In this document: positions 35,049 through 51,193 of the stretch, piece after piece
Layout: the number at the start of each line of letters is the position of its first letter
Position numbering within the stretch: the stretch's first letter is position 1
NCBI GenBank assembly: GCA_963845755.1
Contig: CAWJTV010000025.1
Location: forward strand, 96,001-160,000
Direction of reading: 5' to 3'
Length of the DNA: 64,000 nucleotides
Origin: an uncultured Planctomycetota bacterium
GTDB taxonomy: Bacteria; Planctomycetota; Planctomycetia; Isosphaerales; Isosphaeraceae
The notes under the pieces: model-generated
The model's input: the letters and a program-made list of their open reading frames with translations, nothing else
Told to the model about the DNA's origin: nothing
Databases searched by the model: none
Position numbers and translations under genes: made by a program

Positions 35049-38000
35049 CTACAGATGGATCTCACCGTCCCGGGGCGACGCCCTTCGCCGCGCCCGCGCG
35101 ATCCGCCCCCTCGTAGCCCCTGAGGATCGAACATCTGTCCGGCCTTGATCACCCGCCAGGTGGTCTGCGTGTTCCGGATATTCTCGAGCGGATTGGCCTT
35201 CAGCAACACCAGGTCGGCGAGCTTGCCGGATTCGATCGTCGCCAGGTCGTCCCCGGCACCCACGGCCTCCGCGGCGTCGGCAGTGGCCATGCGGATCGCC
35301 TCGATCGGCGAGAATCCAGCCTCGACGAAATGCTCCAGCTCCCAGTGGAGCGACGGGCCGAAGAACGTCCCCGTCATCAGGGAATCCGTCCCCGCCTGCA
35401 GCTTGACCCCGCGGGCCCCGGCCGCGCGAACTCGTGCCAGGCGCGTTTTCCAGTTGCGCGCAGCACGCTATCCGGCATCCGGCCGAAGAGCCCACCGCCC
35501 CTGGCCTCGCGGATCGACTTCTCAGGGACAAAGGTTTGGAACCTCGCGTCATCCAGGCGTTCCGGCTCGTCGCGCAACAGGAGGCCGTGGCCTCCCATGA
35601 TCGCCAACGTCGGGTCCCATCGGGTCCCCGCCCTCGCCAGCAGTTGGAGCAGATCGTCGGCGATGTTGCCCGGCCCGTGCTCCAGGACGGCGTATCCCAG
35701 GGTCACGCTCTTGACGATCTCCTCGGTGCTGAGCCCGTGCCCGACCACAGGCAGGCCCAGCCGGCGGGCCTCCTCGGCGACGACGCGCTGTAACGGCCAC
35801 GGGAGGGACGGATACACCTTGATGAAATGCGCACCCCGCTCCTTCCAGAGTCGGACGTGGGCCCGGGCATCCTCCCCGCGGGCGAGCAGGAGGAAGGCAT
35901 CGCCCCAGTTCGGCCGGGCCCCCTCGAAGATCTCGCCGCTGAAGAAGTAGCGAGGGAGGGGGTCGGCGGTCAGCTCGCCGCGATCCGAGAGGCTATTGAG
36001 CAGGTCGAGCCGGCCGCCCGTGTCCCGCACCGAGGTGATCCCGTAGGCGATGAATGCGTCGGGATTGGCCTCATGATTGGCCCAGGCGGCATGCACGTGG
36101 AGGTCGAACAACCCGGGGATCGCGTACCGGCCGACCGCATCGAGGACGACCGCCGATGGCGGGATCGCGCGGCCCGACTCGGGGCCGATCCAGCGAATCC
36201 TCCCGTCCTCGATCAGCAGGGACGTCTCGGGGCCAAATCCGCCCGCGGCGAAATCCAGCACCCGGACGCGCCGCAACAGGAGAGGCGGCGGGCGAGGCCG
36301 TCGCAGCTCGAAATGCAGAGGGACCTCCTCGCGCTCGCCGCCCGCCAACGGACGCCGCCAGACGCGGTGGCCCGCGGCGTAGATCACGGCCGAGGAGTCC
36401 GGCGTGAAGGCGAAATTCCGGCCCCCTTCCGGGCTGAATCGTCGCACTTGCTCCTCTTTGACGGGCTGCGCCCCCAGGGCGCCACCCAGATCTCCGCGTT
36501 CCGCCGGAACGCCAGCCACTTCCCATCCGCGGAGACCAACCCATCGCTCAGGTGGTCGACCAGGTCGGTGATGGCCGTCGGCTTCGCGCCCGTCTCCAGG
36601 GGCAGACGGTACAGCGTCCCGAGGCTGTCGAATCGCCCGGTGAAGTAGAGGGATCGGTCGTCGCCCGAGAACTGGGGGCGGGCCGTCCAACCCGAGGGCG
36701 CCTCGCCAAGCTTCTCCGGCGCGCCATCGCGGAGCCGGACCGCCATCAGGGCGATCGGGGAGAAGAGGGCATCGCTCTGTTGAAATACGACGCGCTCCCC
36801 ATCGCGGCTCCAGCTCGGCAGTAGCCCCCAGGAGCGATCCCCCAGAGTAGCGAGCCGGCGCCCTTGCCGGCCCGCCAGATCGTAGCTCCGGACCTGGCGT
36901 TGCCCCGAGTCGTTTTCGGCGAATGCCAGATGTTGACCGTCGGGAGAGAGAGATGGGTCGCGCCTCGACGCACCCGGTTCCAGGATTCGCTCTGCCCGCC
37001 CGTGCGGAAGCGACTGCTGCCAGAGCTCGCCGGCGGCCATGAAGACCAGGCGCCGTCCGTCCGGAGACAACTGGGGGCTCATGATGCTCCGGAGACGGAC
37101 GGGATCCTCCGGGCGAGGCGGGAGCCATTTCGGCCGGATCGGGTCCTGGACCTCCAACTTCACGCGCGCCTCGAACGCGATGGGCTGGAGTGCTCGCGTC
37201 GAGAAGGTTGCCCTGGAGAGGTGACCTTCCTGGCCCAGGTAGGCGCTATGGTTATCCGGCGCGATCACGAAAGCCACGCCTGTCCGGCCGCCCGAGAGCC
37301 CGAGGACCGGCCGGGCCTCGCCATCGGGGAGGGGCAGGAAGCGCAGTCCGCCGGCCGAGGCATAGAGACCATCACCCGCGGGACTGACGACGACACGACC
37401 CAGGTCGCCCTCGGACGCTCGCAGGGTGGCGATCTTGCCGTCCAACGTCATGCCCTCGACCCTGGATCGCGTCCGGGCCGGAAAGGGGCTTCCCGCGGAA
37501 TAGGACTGTTCAATCGCGGTCCAGGCCAGGCGACCATCGGGGAGATAGAAGACGGAGCCGACGATCCTCGGAGCGGCGACGACTTCGGGATCTCCGGCGG
37601 GTAGGGCGACCCTGCGCACTTCCCGCAGCCCACTGGCGCCGAAGAACCGCGGCAAGAGATGGGGCGGATGCTCTTCCCGGGCCAGGATGCGGCAATACGC
37701 GATGGACCGGCCTTCCGGACTCCACGCGGGCTGGCCCGCGTGGGCTTCGTGAGTCACCTGGGTGATCGTGCGTGTGGAGAGATCGAGGAGAAAAACATTG
37801 GCCGCGCTGCCGTCACGATCGGAGACGAAAGCCACGCGGCGCCCATCGGGCGAGAAGGCGGGATCGTTGTCGTAACAGGGTCCGAAGGTGAGCTGCTCGG
37901 CGGCGCCTCCTTCGATGGGAAGGCGGAACAGGTGGCCCAGGAGGCTGAAGATCAATTGCCGGCCGTCGGGCGAGACCGTGAGAGCCGGGTCCGTGACTTC

Positions 38001-38105
38001 CCTGGTCGTGATCTCGATGGTCCCGGCAACGGACGGAAACGCGCCCAGGACCGCGACCGCGAGGAATACGGCCCCCGGCGTCAACGGCCTTCGCAACCGG
38101 TACAT
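35049..38105 (-). CDS. Secreted TolB/PD40 beta-propeller + amidohydrolase protein (frameshifted; 3' end approximate)
   Basis: Signal peptide; SPDGR repeats; IPGLFDLHVH, GITSVRDTGG, IESGKLADLVLLKANPLENIRNT. Confidence 0.85.
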
Positions 38106-38352
38106 GGTCGATGCCTCCGCGTCGGAATCGTGGACAGGCTCGACTGACTCTACTCACTTCCTCGCCACGGGTCCATCACCTCCCCGCGTTCCGCCTGGCT
38201 TTCGACTCACGGCCTCCCTCACCTCCCGGCTCGCCTGGTCCAGGACGCGCCCATGACTCGAGCCGCCGCTCAGGGCAAACAACGAACGCCGCCATTTCGC
38301 GGACCACGACCAACTTCGGCTCGCACTCGTCCATCCTTTTCTGACGCATGAG

Positions 38353-41697
<3,345 letters not shown>

Positions 41698-41760
41698 GGG
41701 TTATATCCTCCAGAGAGGCGTCGAAGTCCGGGGCCCTGTCAGTAATCATCCCTTTTGGCG

Positions 41761-41983
41761 ACCAGCAGGAATTGGTTCACTCGCGATCCGACCGGGGCCA
41801 GATCATACCAGCCCGACGCGCCAGCGAGGGTCGTGATACCATACCAGCCCGACGCGCCGGCGAGGGTTGTGATACCATACCAGCCCGACGCGCCAGCGAG
41901 GGTCGTCGTAAGAGGGTCGTCGTTAGTAAGTAAGTCCCTGCAAGATAATGGGCAAGACCCTCGCTGGCGCGTCGGGCTGGTAT
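41761..41983. repeat. BIME-like REP cluster (3 direct copies at 36-nt period + 1 inverted)
   Basis: TACCAGCCCGACGCGCCAGCGAGGGT at 41806, 41842 and 41878; inverted copy ~41957-41982. Confidence 0.9.
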
Positions 41984-42047
41984 GGGAACAATTCGGATGA
42001 GTTTCCATGCACCTGTCGCCTTTGATTCGTCGATTGTCTTTGCTCGA

Positions 42048-45000
42048 TCAGTCATCGGCTTCCTCTTCCTCCTTATCAAAAAGTCCTCCCTGTTGCGTAC
42101 GCGGCTGGCCGCCCTCGCGGGCCAGGCGGGTGATCTCGGGCCAGCTCAGCACCAGGCCGTTGTAGGCCAGCGCTTCGGACGCCCGCTTCTTCCGCTCGCA
42201 CAAGGTGTAAAGGCGATAGCAGAGTTCGCGGGCGACCTCGGCCTTGTCGCCGAGCTTCGCGACCAGCGCGGCCGCGGCGCCTTCGCCGCCGGCTTCCAGG
42301 GAGCGAACCAGGTGATGGACGGTCTCCCACGCCGTGAGCCTCGGGTCCGTCGTTGGGTCCCAGTGGGATGCCAGCTCGTCCGCCTTGAGTAAACGCACCT
42401 TGCCGCGGCTGGAGGCTACGATGCCGGCCGCGACCAGACCGGCGACGCTGGTGTTCTTGGCCGTGGAAAGCGTCTCGGCCACCCCGTACTCGCCTTCGGC
42501 AAAGCCCGCATGATCGAACCACGCCAGCGCCCAGCGGCTATCGGCGTCGAAGTCGCCTTCCTGCTCGGCCAGCGACTCGTCGAGGGTCTGGTTAATGAGC
42601 GCGAGCGCCTCTCGCACGGAGAGGGGATTGCCTTTGGCGTCGAGTACTTTGGCGTGGCGGGAGTAGACCGCCATGCCCGGACCGATAGAAGCCTGAGCCA
42701 GGTCTACCGGGGCGATGTTGCCGCGCTGAAGGTGGGCGAGGGCCAGAGGCAGTTCAGCCTTGAGCGATGTGACGAACTCACGTCGAGTCGTGGTGGGCGC
42801 ATCGGGGGTACGCTTCCGGCAGACGAGGACGATGCTGGAGGCGAGGGCATTGGAGTCCATCCCTCTCATGCGGTTACCCAGCTCAGTACGCATCGGCCAG
42901 GTCCCGGTCGTTGCAAAACCGGCGCGGATCAACGCATCAAGGAAGGTCTCCCAGCCCGTGCTAGCGGTGCCGTCGTTATCGTCGCTCTCAGACTGCTTGA
43001 ATGCGTAGAAGATGGTGACCGGAAAGGCGGGGTGCGTCTGCTCGGAAAGGCGATTCATGGCCTTTGTCATGCCGTCAAGGAAGAACGCCTCTGCCTTCTG
43101 CTTGCCGCCGTGGCGGTAAGGCGTCGCCACTAACTCCTCTGCCTTGGGCACGGCGACGGTTGCGAAGAGTTCGGGAAAGACAGGCCTTAACGAGCGACGA
43201 AGCCAAACGTAAAAGAAGTCTGACAGGTCTGCATAACCGATGTTGTCGTAGTAAGGAGGGTCGGTGGAGACAACTTTGCCCACGCTTACATATTGCTGCT
43301 GGGCATCGGCTTGCTCACTTCTTCCTGATGCCAATGCAGAGAGTGAATTGCCGATGACCTTTGTCATCAGATCGACCTGTCGCATGAAGTTGCCGCTCGA
43401 TACCGAGAACGAATTCCCTTCTGCGAAGTCCCACGTCATCGGAAGCGCTTGTCTCCCATAGGTGGCCCGAATCTTTTCGTGTTGTGCACCATTATGCCAG
43501 GAGCAGAGGGCGGATGCGTTGTCCGAAAACTTGCCGACCGCGAGACCGAGATAGGCTGCTACCGCATCGGCGTAAGCCGTGGCCTCCGTGCCACCATCGT
43601 GGAGGGCTTTGCCATCGTCGGTCACGCCTGCTGCAAGCGCATCTCGTTTAGCCCGACTACTCGCCTCCTGCGCAAGTCGGAGAAGGTCGTAAGGGCCACG
43701 AGTTGACGTTTTGTGAACAAGTCACTCCACTTCGTCATCCCATAGTTGCCAACACGGAAACCAAGTGCTTGCTCAAAGAACTCGACATCCGGCTTCCATT
43801 CTGGTTTCGCTTCTCGTGCGACACCTTCCATCGCCGCAGTCGGCGATAAGTAGATCCGTCCCGAATGGCATTAAGTTAAGTTTAACTCCTGATCTCCAAA
43901 CGGCTTGCGTCGAGCATGTTTTCGGCGATTTTATAAGTATGTTGATATCTAGATCATTCCATGCGGCTTGGATCCAGGGTGTTTTCGCTCTGAGAATCAA
44001 ATTAACATATCTAAACTATTTCTGATTGGAGCCGGGGAGATCGACCCTAAGTGCAATTAGAATCTGTCTTTACGCTTAACTTAATGGCATTCAGATCCGT
44101 CCCCGATCTCCCTCAGCAACGATGGCCATCATTCGCACGCCGATGCGCCCAGCCTTGCCCTCGACCTTTATGTAGTCGCCAGCGATCGGTGCGCCCGACA
44201 TCAAGCAGACGAAATTCGCTTGCGCAAGCTTGGTACCGTTCTTCGTCGCCAATGCGTTCTTTGGCTTACCCCCCTTCACCGTGAATCGGTAACCTTCGCC
44301 CTCGATCACCGGCTCTACATATGCTTCCTTGCCGGGCTTGGTGCCGAGGATGAAAGTGGCGGCCAGCGGCACATCCACATGCGCGAAAGCCGGGTTCGGG
44401 CTCTTTACTGTCCGTGCCCAGAGCCAGGCAATCACGGTGAGCTTCTGGCCCACCAAGGGCTTGAGGTCTGGCCGCTCCTTCGCCATCTCGGCCGTAACCT
44501 CGACCTTGGGGTAAAGGTGTCCGATGCGCTTCTCGGCCTCGTCTCGCATCCATTGGCCGTAGTAACGCACGTCCTCGGCCAGCCCCTGCGCTCCCTTCCA
44601 CTCCTTCATGAAGAGCTGCGGATCGCGTCGCGCGTCCGGGTTCACTGGCGGCTTGCCCGCGAACCTGGGCGGGATCTCGATCATCGCCTTGTTGATCAGA
44701 ACGGCCACCGGGTTGAGGTCACTGGCGTAGCTCTCCAGCCCGAGCCGTTGCGCCTCCAGCGGAATCGACCCGCCGCCGGCAAACGGATCGTGAAAGGCGG
44801 GCAGCTTGTAACGGTCGAACAGTTCCTTCGCACGAGGATGGTCGGCGTTCTCGGCGAAGGTGTAGCGCCAGCTCTGCCAGATCTCGTCGCGAGCCGCTTG
44901 CAGGACCGTCTCGTTGGTGGTGTTCTCCCACAGCACCAGGTCTTCGATGATCCGGAACAGCCGCTGACGTTCCTCCTCCTGGGCCTTCTCGGTCGGGAAC

Positions 45001-45200
45001 AGGTCGGGATGCGCCGACGGGTCATCCACCATCTGAGCAAAGATCACCGCCCGCGCCGCCGCCAGAGGCCGCCTTGCCCACCAGAGGTGCAGCGTGCTCG
45101 GGTGCCCGTGGCGGATCGACTTTTCCCGCGCGCTGGCCTTGTTGATCGCGTCGAGCGGCAGGGCCACTTCGATGAGCTTCTTGCGGTAAGGTGGGGTCAT
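42048..45200 (-). pseudogene. DUF1156 adenine-specific DNA methyltransferase interrupted by a MITE
   Basis: [35 protein letters not shown] (motif I), TDPPYYDN (motif IV). Removing 43863-44092 and one target copy restores [12 protein letters not shown]. Additional 1-nt frameshift ~43672. Confidence 0.9.
43863..44092. mobile_element. 230-bp AT-rich MITE with IS4-like ends
   Basis: TIR GAATGGCATTAAGTTAAG / CTTAACTTAATGGCATTC (1 mismatch in 18); 11-bp direct repeat AGATCCGTCCC at 43852-43862 and 44093-44103; no transposase. Confidence 0.92.
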
Positions 45201-45290
45201 GACGTCGTGCGGGCCTTTCTTTCGCTTCGTCCTGGAGACGGGTCATCTTGCCGCGGGCTGTGGAAATCCTCGGCTCCGATTGCTGGCGCA

Positions 45291-45360
45291 TACCGGCCCG
45301 AACGCGCCAGCGAGGGTCCCTTGCTTGCTTGCGACATCCCGCGCTCGCGCGTCGGGCTGA
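45291..45360. repeat. Degenerate inverted REP pair downstream of the RAYT
   Basis: TACCGGCCCGAACGCGCCAGCGAGGGT ... CCCGCGCTCGCGCGTCGGGCTGA. Confidence 0.75.
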
Positions 45361-45366
45361 TGTCGC

Positions 45367-45888
45367 TCAGCGCATTTCGCGGGGGAGATCTTGCCCCTCG
45401 CGCACATAATGGATGACCGCTTCCAGTCCTTCCTCATTGTTGATGTAATATCCGCTGCCGCGTTCGGTCCACCATTTCTCACGGATCCGTTGCTCGGGTG
45501 GGGGTGACGGATGAGCCGAGGCTGGGCATCTCCGCTCCTGTTCCAGGCCCTTCAGTCGCCGGGTGCACCATGCCTTGAACTGTTCACGGACGTCCTTCGG
45601 GTGCCGATCGGCGGCGACGACGACATGAACGTGATTCGAGCGACAGTTGACGGCGTAGAGAGTCCAGCCCCGAAGCCGGCAATGTTCCGTGATGGTCGTT
45701 TCGACGAGCCGGCGCTGTTCGTGATCGAGGCGACAGGCGTCCTCGGTCATCCGTGCGGCTGCTTCCCTCTCCAGGATGGGATCGGGTAGTTGCATCCCAG
45801 ACCTGTACGGGACCCACCCCCGTTCGTCACCAGGCAGCCATGTCCCATAAGTGGTCCATGTCAGGAAGTAGGCCAGCGCCTCGGGCAT
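45367..45888 (-). CDS. REP-associated tyrosine (HUH/Y1) transposase, RAYT-like
   Basis: YFLTWTTYGTWLPGD, NCRSNHVHVVV (HUH), KAWCTRRL, WWTERGS, IHYVREGQ; REP copies on both sides. Confidence 0.85.
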   Translation of the reverse strand: MPEALAYFLTWTTYGTWLPGDERGWVPYRSGMQLPDPILEREAAARMTEDACRLDHEQRRLVETTITEHCRLRGWTLYAVNCRSNHVHVVVAADRHPKDVREQFKAWCTRRLKGLEQERRCPASAHPSPPPEQRIREKWWTERGSGYYINNEEGLEAVIHYVREGQDLPREMR

Positions 45889-46078
45889 GGGAGGCTCGCA
45901 TTCGCGGCCAGACACCTTCCGGCGACCGAAGCTCATCGTGATCTCCTCATCGTGCCTCTGCCCCCGACCAACTGCGAAAACGTTCGATTCATCCACCCTA
46001 ACAGCTCCGCCTTCGCCAGCGCGATGCCTCACCTCGCGCAATCCGGAGATGAGGGAACAGAGGAGGATTGACCGGCGG

Positions 46079-46240
46079 ACCCTCGCTGGCGCGTCGGGCT
46101 GGTATGTCGCCAGGGGACCAGCAGGAATTGGTTTACCCACGATCCGACCGGGGCGATACCAGCCCGAAGCGCCAGCGAGGGTCGTCGTAAGTCCATGCAA
46201 GATAAGGGGCAAGACCCTCGCTGGCGCGTCGGGCCGGTAT
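46079..46240. repeat. BIME-like REP cluster homologous to 41761-41983
   Basis: Three alternating REP copies; linkers ACCAGCAGGAATTGGTT...GATCCGACCGGGGC and TAAGTCC.TGCAAGATAA.GGGCAAG are shared with the 41.8-kb cluster. Confidence 0.88.
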
Positions 46241-46244
46241 TCGC

Positions 46245-46727
46245 CAAAGAGCAATTCTGCCAGCGGTGTTGACAGTTTTGCCGGAGGGATGGCCAACGGT
46301 CCCGAGCGGCGAGGCGGAGATAGAATTCTCGTTCCTCATCGCGCCTGCATCGAATCATGATCGTCAGGTTGTGGCTCCACGACAATTCTCGCAACAGCGC
46401 TGCGAGTTTTGGCAGTCCGCGGCAGGTCTCGAAAAACTGCCGCATCCGCCACAGGTTGCTTGCCGAGAACCCGCTCCTCCCCGGATGACGCCGCCGGATG
46501 GTTTCGGCCAGGACTTCGACGGTCCCCTGGGCCCAGCCCTCCTCGGCGATCTTCTGGTTAATGTCCCAGTAGAGCTCGATCAGGATCGTGTTCACGGCGG
46601 CGACGGCCTTCGCCTTCGCGGCACCGATGAGGGCCAGCACCTCGTCGAACTCGGCCTGCGACGGCGACGCGGAATCGCCTCGCTGAATGGCGGTCTTGCG
46701 CGAAGGTTTCCTCGGCGCCTGGCTCAT
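46245..46727 (-). pseudogene. DUF1016/YhcG N-terminal fragment, truncated
   Basis: AVAAVNTILIELYWDI...GFSASNLWRMRQF...LSWSHNL...EEREFYL; no PD-(D/E)XK C-terminal part, ends at the REP cluster. Confidence 0.8.
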
Positions 46728-49700
46728 GACGGCTCCTCGGACTGGGCCAGCAAAGTGGCCATTTCGTAGTTCACGCTCGTCACCCCGAAGTCCGGCTCGC
46801 GCTGGAAGGGTTGACGGATGTAGTGGACCCGATGCGAATCGCCGTCGAGGAATTCCACGATCGCCAGGATGAAGTCGTCGGGCTTGTTGAAGGAGTAGAG
46901 GATCTCGTTTCGCGTCACGGTGATCGTATCCGCACCGGTGACACGACCCTTCACCTCGATGAAGCGCAGCTTGCCAGTCCCGACGACGCGGCTCTCGATG
47001 TCGTAGCCGAGCTTCTCGAATTCGCGGTCGATCGGCTCGAAGCCGAGATTGCGTTCGATTCCCATGACGATGGCCCGTGCCCGTGCGGCGCTGGCCTGGG
47101 TATCCACGGGGGCTGTCGGCACCGAGGGCGTTCGCCCGGCCATGATCGCGAGCAGGCCCGCGGGCACCACCAGCATCCCGCCGAGCACCACCGGCGGCAG
47201 CGGCGAGATCTGCGCTTCGAGCTTCAGGTCGTCCAGCCGCTTTTGGAGCCGGGCCTGAAGGTTATCGGCACGTTTGCGGGCCTCGGCCGAGTTGAGCTTC
47301 GCGTTAGGCTTACCGGCCTGTTCCTGCAATTTGAGCTGCTCGGCCCGGTGGTCCCAGTAGGTGATCTCCTTGGTGAGCCGGTCCTTCACCGCGACCTCGG
47401 TCCTGGCGATGAGCTTGAGCTTGGCGTCCCGCACCTCCTTGAGATGTTCCGGCACGACATGGACCACGGCATAGCCCTCGGCCTTCCGCTCGATCTCGCG
47501 GTTGATCCATGCGCACTCGGGTCGATCCAGGATCGCCGCGACACCGGACTCGCCCGCAGCCAAAGGCCGGTAGTCGAGGTAGGGCGCGTAGTGGACGTGG
47601 CGGGTCGTCCCCTCGCCGTCGAGCTCGACATAGAGCATGCGCTTGGAAACGACGCGACGTTCGCCCGAGCGAGTGAGGCTGGCGTCCTGGATCGCGTGCT
47701 CGATGTAGAACAGCACGCGTGGTCGAATCCCCGGGTCGCGCTCGTCCACCAGAACAGTGCCGCGCTTGAGCAGGTCGCGGTGGCGTTCGAGGGTGAGGTC
47801 GATGACCGAGTCGAGCAGCGGGTGGCCCGGGCACACGAAGGCGGCGAGCGGCTGGCCGTGCGGCGCCACAAGGTCCTTCTCGAACGCGATCCGCTCGTAG
47901 CGCGGCAGCACCGGCTCGCCGATGCCAATCAGGCGGTCGCGGTTGCGAACGGGGGCCGGGACGTGGGTGACCTCATATCGGCGCGGCTCTCGCTGTCGGG
48001 CCGAGCCGCCCAGCAGACGGAACGCCTCATGGAAGAAGGACTCGATGTAAAACGGCTGCAAGCGGCGGGCCTCGGCCCGTTCCATCTCCTCGCGGATGCG
48101 GTAGACCCGGCTGGCGTCCATTGCGTCGTGGGCGAGCGACCGTTCCTCCAGCAGGTCCCGGAGCTGGCCGCGATCGAGCGCGTTTTCGAGCACGGTCTTC
48201 AGCTTGGCTCGCACCTCGGGCTGGTCGCCGTAGCGGATCGCCTCGATCAGCAGCTCGCGCAGGGATCGCCCCGCGAACTGGAGCTTGCCGAGCACGTCGA
48301 ACACCTGGCCGCCCAGCGCCTTGCGCGACTCTTCGAGCTTGTCCAGCAGCTTGTGATACACGTCGCCTTCGCGCGTCTCGTCCGCGACCAGGTTCCACAG
48401 GTGACAGACCTCGGTCTGGCCGATGCGGTGGATGCGACCGAACCGCTGCTCGAGTCGGTTGGGATTCCACGGTAGGTCGAAGTTGACCATCAGGTGGGCC
48501 CGCTGGAGGTTGATGCCCTCACCCGCGGCGTCCGTGGCCAGCAGCACCCGCACCTCGGGGTCGTGCTTGAACGACTCCTGCGCCTTCACCCGCTCCTCGC
48601 GGCCCATGCCGCCGTGGATCATGACCACGGATTCCTCGCGGCCCAGCAGGGTCGTGATGCGAGATTCGAGGTAGTTCAGCGTGTCGCGGTGCTCGGTGAA
48701 GATCACGAGCTTCTGGTTCGGCGAAGGCTTCGGAGGTGGGACCGTGCCCGCGCGCTTTGAGACGGCTCGCACCGACCCACGATCCGCGCCGCCGACGGTG
48801 AATATCTCGCCGATGAGGCTCGCCAGCTCGCGCCATTTGGTGTCCATGCCGCTGTGTCGAACAGCCAGGGCCAGCGACTCCAGGCCCTTCAACGTCTCGA
48901 TCTCGATCTTCAGCTCGGTGATGGATCGCGCCGCGGTTGCCTGATCGAGGATCTCCTCTTCGGCCACCGCGACTTCATTGTCCGGCGCATCTTCGAGATC
49001 CTCGACATCCTCGGCGTCGAGCGCGGGGATCGCCAGCGAGAGCACCGGCGCGGTCTGGCCCCCGCGCTGGAGCACCTCCAGTTCGCGTAACCGGCTCTCG
49101 AGTCGCTCGCGACGGCGACGCAACGACTGGTAAATCGCCTCGGGCGAGGAGGCGAGCCGGCGCTGAAGGATGGTGAGCGCGAAGCCGACGGTGCCGGCCC
49201 GCTTGTCGTTCTCCAGCGCCTCGGCGCGGTTGAACTCCTCGCGGACATATTCCGTGACCGCCTTGTAGAGTCGGGCCTCGGGCTCCGAGAGCTGGTAAGG
49301 GACGGTGTAGGCAATTCGCTCCGGGAACAGCGGCGTACCGTCGAACTTGAGCAGATTCTCCTTCACCATGCGGCGCATCAGGTCCGAGACATCGGCCACG
49401 TGGACGCCGTCGCGGAAGCGGCCCTCGAACCGGTCACCGTCGAGCAGCGCCATGAAGAGCTGAAAGTCCGCCTCCTTGCCGTTGTGCGGCGTCGCCGTCA
49501 TCAGCAGGAAGTGCCGCGTCAGGGTCGAGAGGAGCTGCCCGAGCCGGTAGCGCTTGGTGTATTTGATCTCGCCGCCGAACACCGTGGCCGACATCTTGTG
49601 GGCCTCGTCGCAGACCACGAGGTCCCAGCGGCCGTCGGGGGCCTGGAGCTTATTCTGGACGCCCTCATTGCGCGAGAGCTTGTCGAGACGGGCAATGACC

Positions 49701-50301
49701 AGGTTGGTCTCCTGGAACCAGTTGCCGGTGCGGGCGGCCTCGAGCTTGTCGTTGGTGAGGATTTCGAAGGGCAGGTGGAAGCGGCGATAGAGCTCGTCTT
49801 GCCACTGTTCGGCCAGGCTGCCGGGGCACACGATCAAACATCGCTGTAGATCGCCCCGGGCGATCAACTCCTTGATGAGCAAGCCCGCCATGATCGTCTT
49901 GCCGGAGCCCGGGTCGTCCGCGAGCAGGAAGCGCAGCGGCTGGCGCGGCAGCATGGACTCGTAGACGGCCGTGATCTGGTGCGGCAACGGGTCAACGACG
50001 GAGGTGTGGACCGCCAGCACCGGGTCGAACAGGTGAGCGAGACGGATCCGTTGCGCCTCGGAGACGAGACGGAACAACGCGCCGTCGCCGTCGAAGCCCC
50101 ACGGCCGGCCTTGCTCGACCAGTTCGAGTCGAGGTTCGTCGTGACGGTAGAGTAGCTCGTTCGCCACCTTCCCCGAGGGTGTCTTATAAGTGAGTTCGAG
50201 CCCTCGGAGCCGAACCACTGGACACTGACGACCGTGACAAGGGCGTCGGGCAGGATGCCCCGTACGGCTGCGTTGGGTTGAACGTCTTCGAGCTTGATCA
50301 T
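46724..50301 (-). CDS. SNF2-family helicase with C-terminal DUF3883 nuclease-like domain (frameshift ~50205)
   Basis: LLADDPGSGKT, DEAH, TATPH, ATDAAGEGINLQ, EQRFGRIHRIGQ; C-terminal GYDIESR...RFIEVKG. Confidence 0.92.
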
Positions 50302-50813
50302 GCGGCAAGACCTATGGCTGTTACTTTGCTCGAATCACACAGGTCGTATTGCTGGGCGCGGCGATTCCGGCGGCCAAAAGCTTCTCTTCAAAACCGAGAT
50401 TGGCGCCGTTGCCGGATTTGTTTTTCTGCGCTCAGGAATTCTTGGGAGGATCCATGGCAGGGCTGCCTTATTTTTGGGTTAGCAGAATCCGCCCATTATG
50501 CATGGCGACATCGAGCGATGCCATAGCCCATCGCCCATCGGCACTCGATTCCGCACTCCGCTTTAGGAGGACCGCACGCGCCTCAAGACGGTCGCACGAG
50601 GGTCGGGCTGTTCCTCGTCCCCGACACCTGAACCCCTCTCCGGAATTTCACGAGTTGAGTTGCCGAATTCGAAAAAGTGTCCGAGAGTAAAGGATGTCGG
50701 GACTTCCCAATGGCGTTCGGGGTGCGCAGGAGAGAACGGGAGGGTGGGGCATGAGACACAGCGAGTCGGGAAATGTGTGTCGGACGCCTCGAAACGGCCA
50801 CTACGTTTTCGAC

Positions 50814-50952
50814 AAAACGAACCGAGCCGTTCCGTCCGTCGGACCCGAAAACGAGGAAACGAAGCCATCGGCGGCGGTCTTCGGAGAGGATTTCGACGAA
50901 AACGAAGCCAACTCGGCGGTCTCCGCAGAGGATCTCAATAAAACGAAGCCAA
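50814..50952. repeat. Four AAACGAA(G)CC motifs at ~42-nt spacing
   Basis: AAACGA at 50815, 50857, 50900 and 50941; the last two units also share GGCGGTCT.CG.AGAGGAT.TC. Confidence 0.7.
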
Positions 50953-51193
50953 AACTGGGTGATCTGGGAAAAGATTGTCAATTGTATCGAATAGAGGGTG
51001 AAATGCGGATCGCAGGGCATCCGAGGTTGGGCGATACGATGCCTCTTCATGGCGACATCGCCGGAAATCCACCCGGCGCGGACGTGCCGACCGGCCCAGG
51101 TTATTGATCGTCGCGTTCGCTTGACGGCCGCTGTCCCGGGTCGGAAGATGCAGCTCTTCCGACACGAATCGGCCTGATCAGGGGAGTCGAACC

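Noticed and set aside
41806..41903. 36-nt periodic repeats as a CRISPR array
   Set aside because: The intervening sequences are short and near-identical, inverted copies exist, there are no cas genes, and a RAYT is adjacent.
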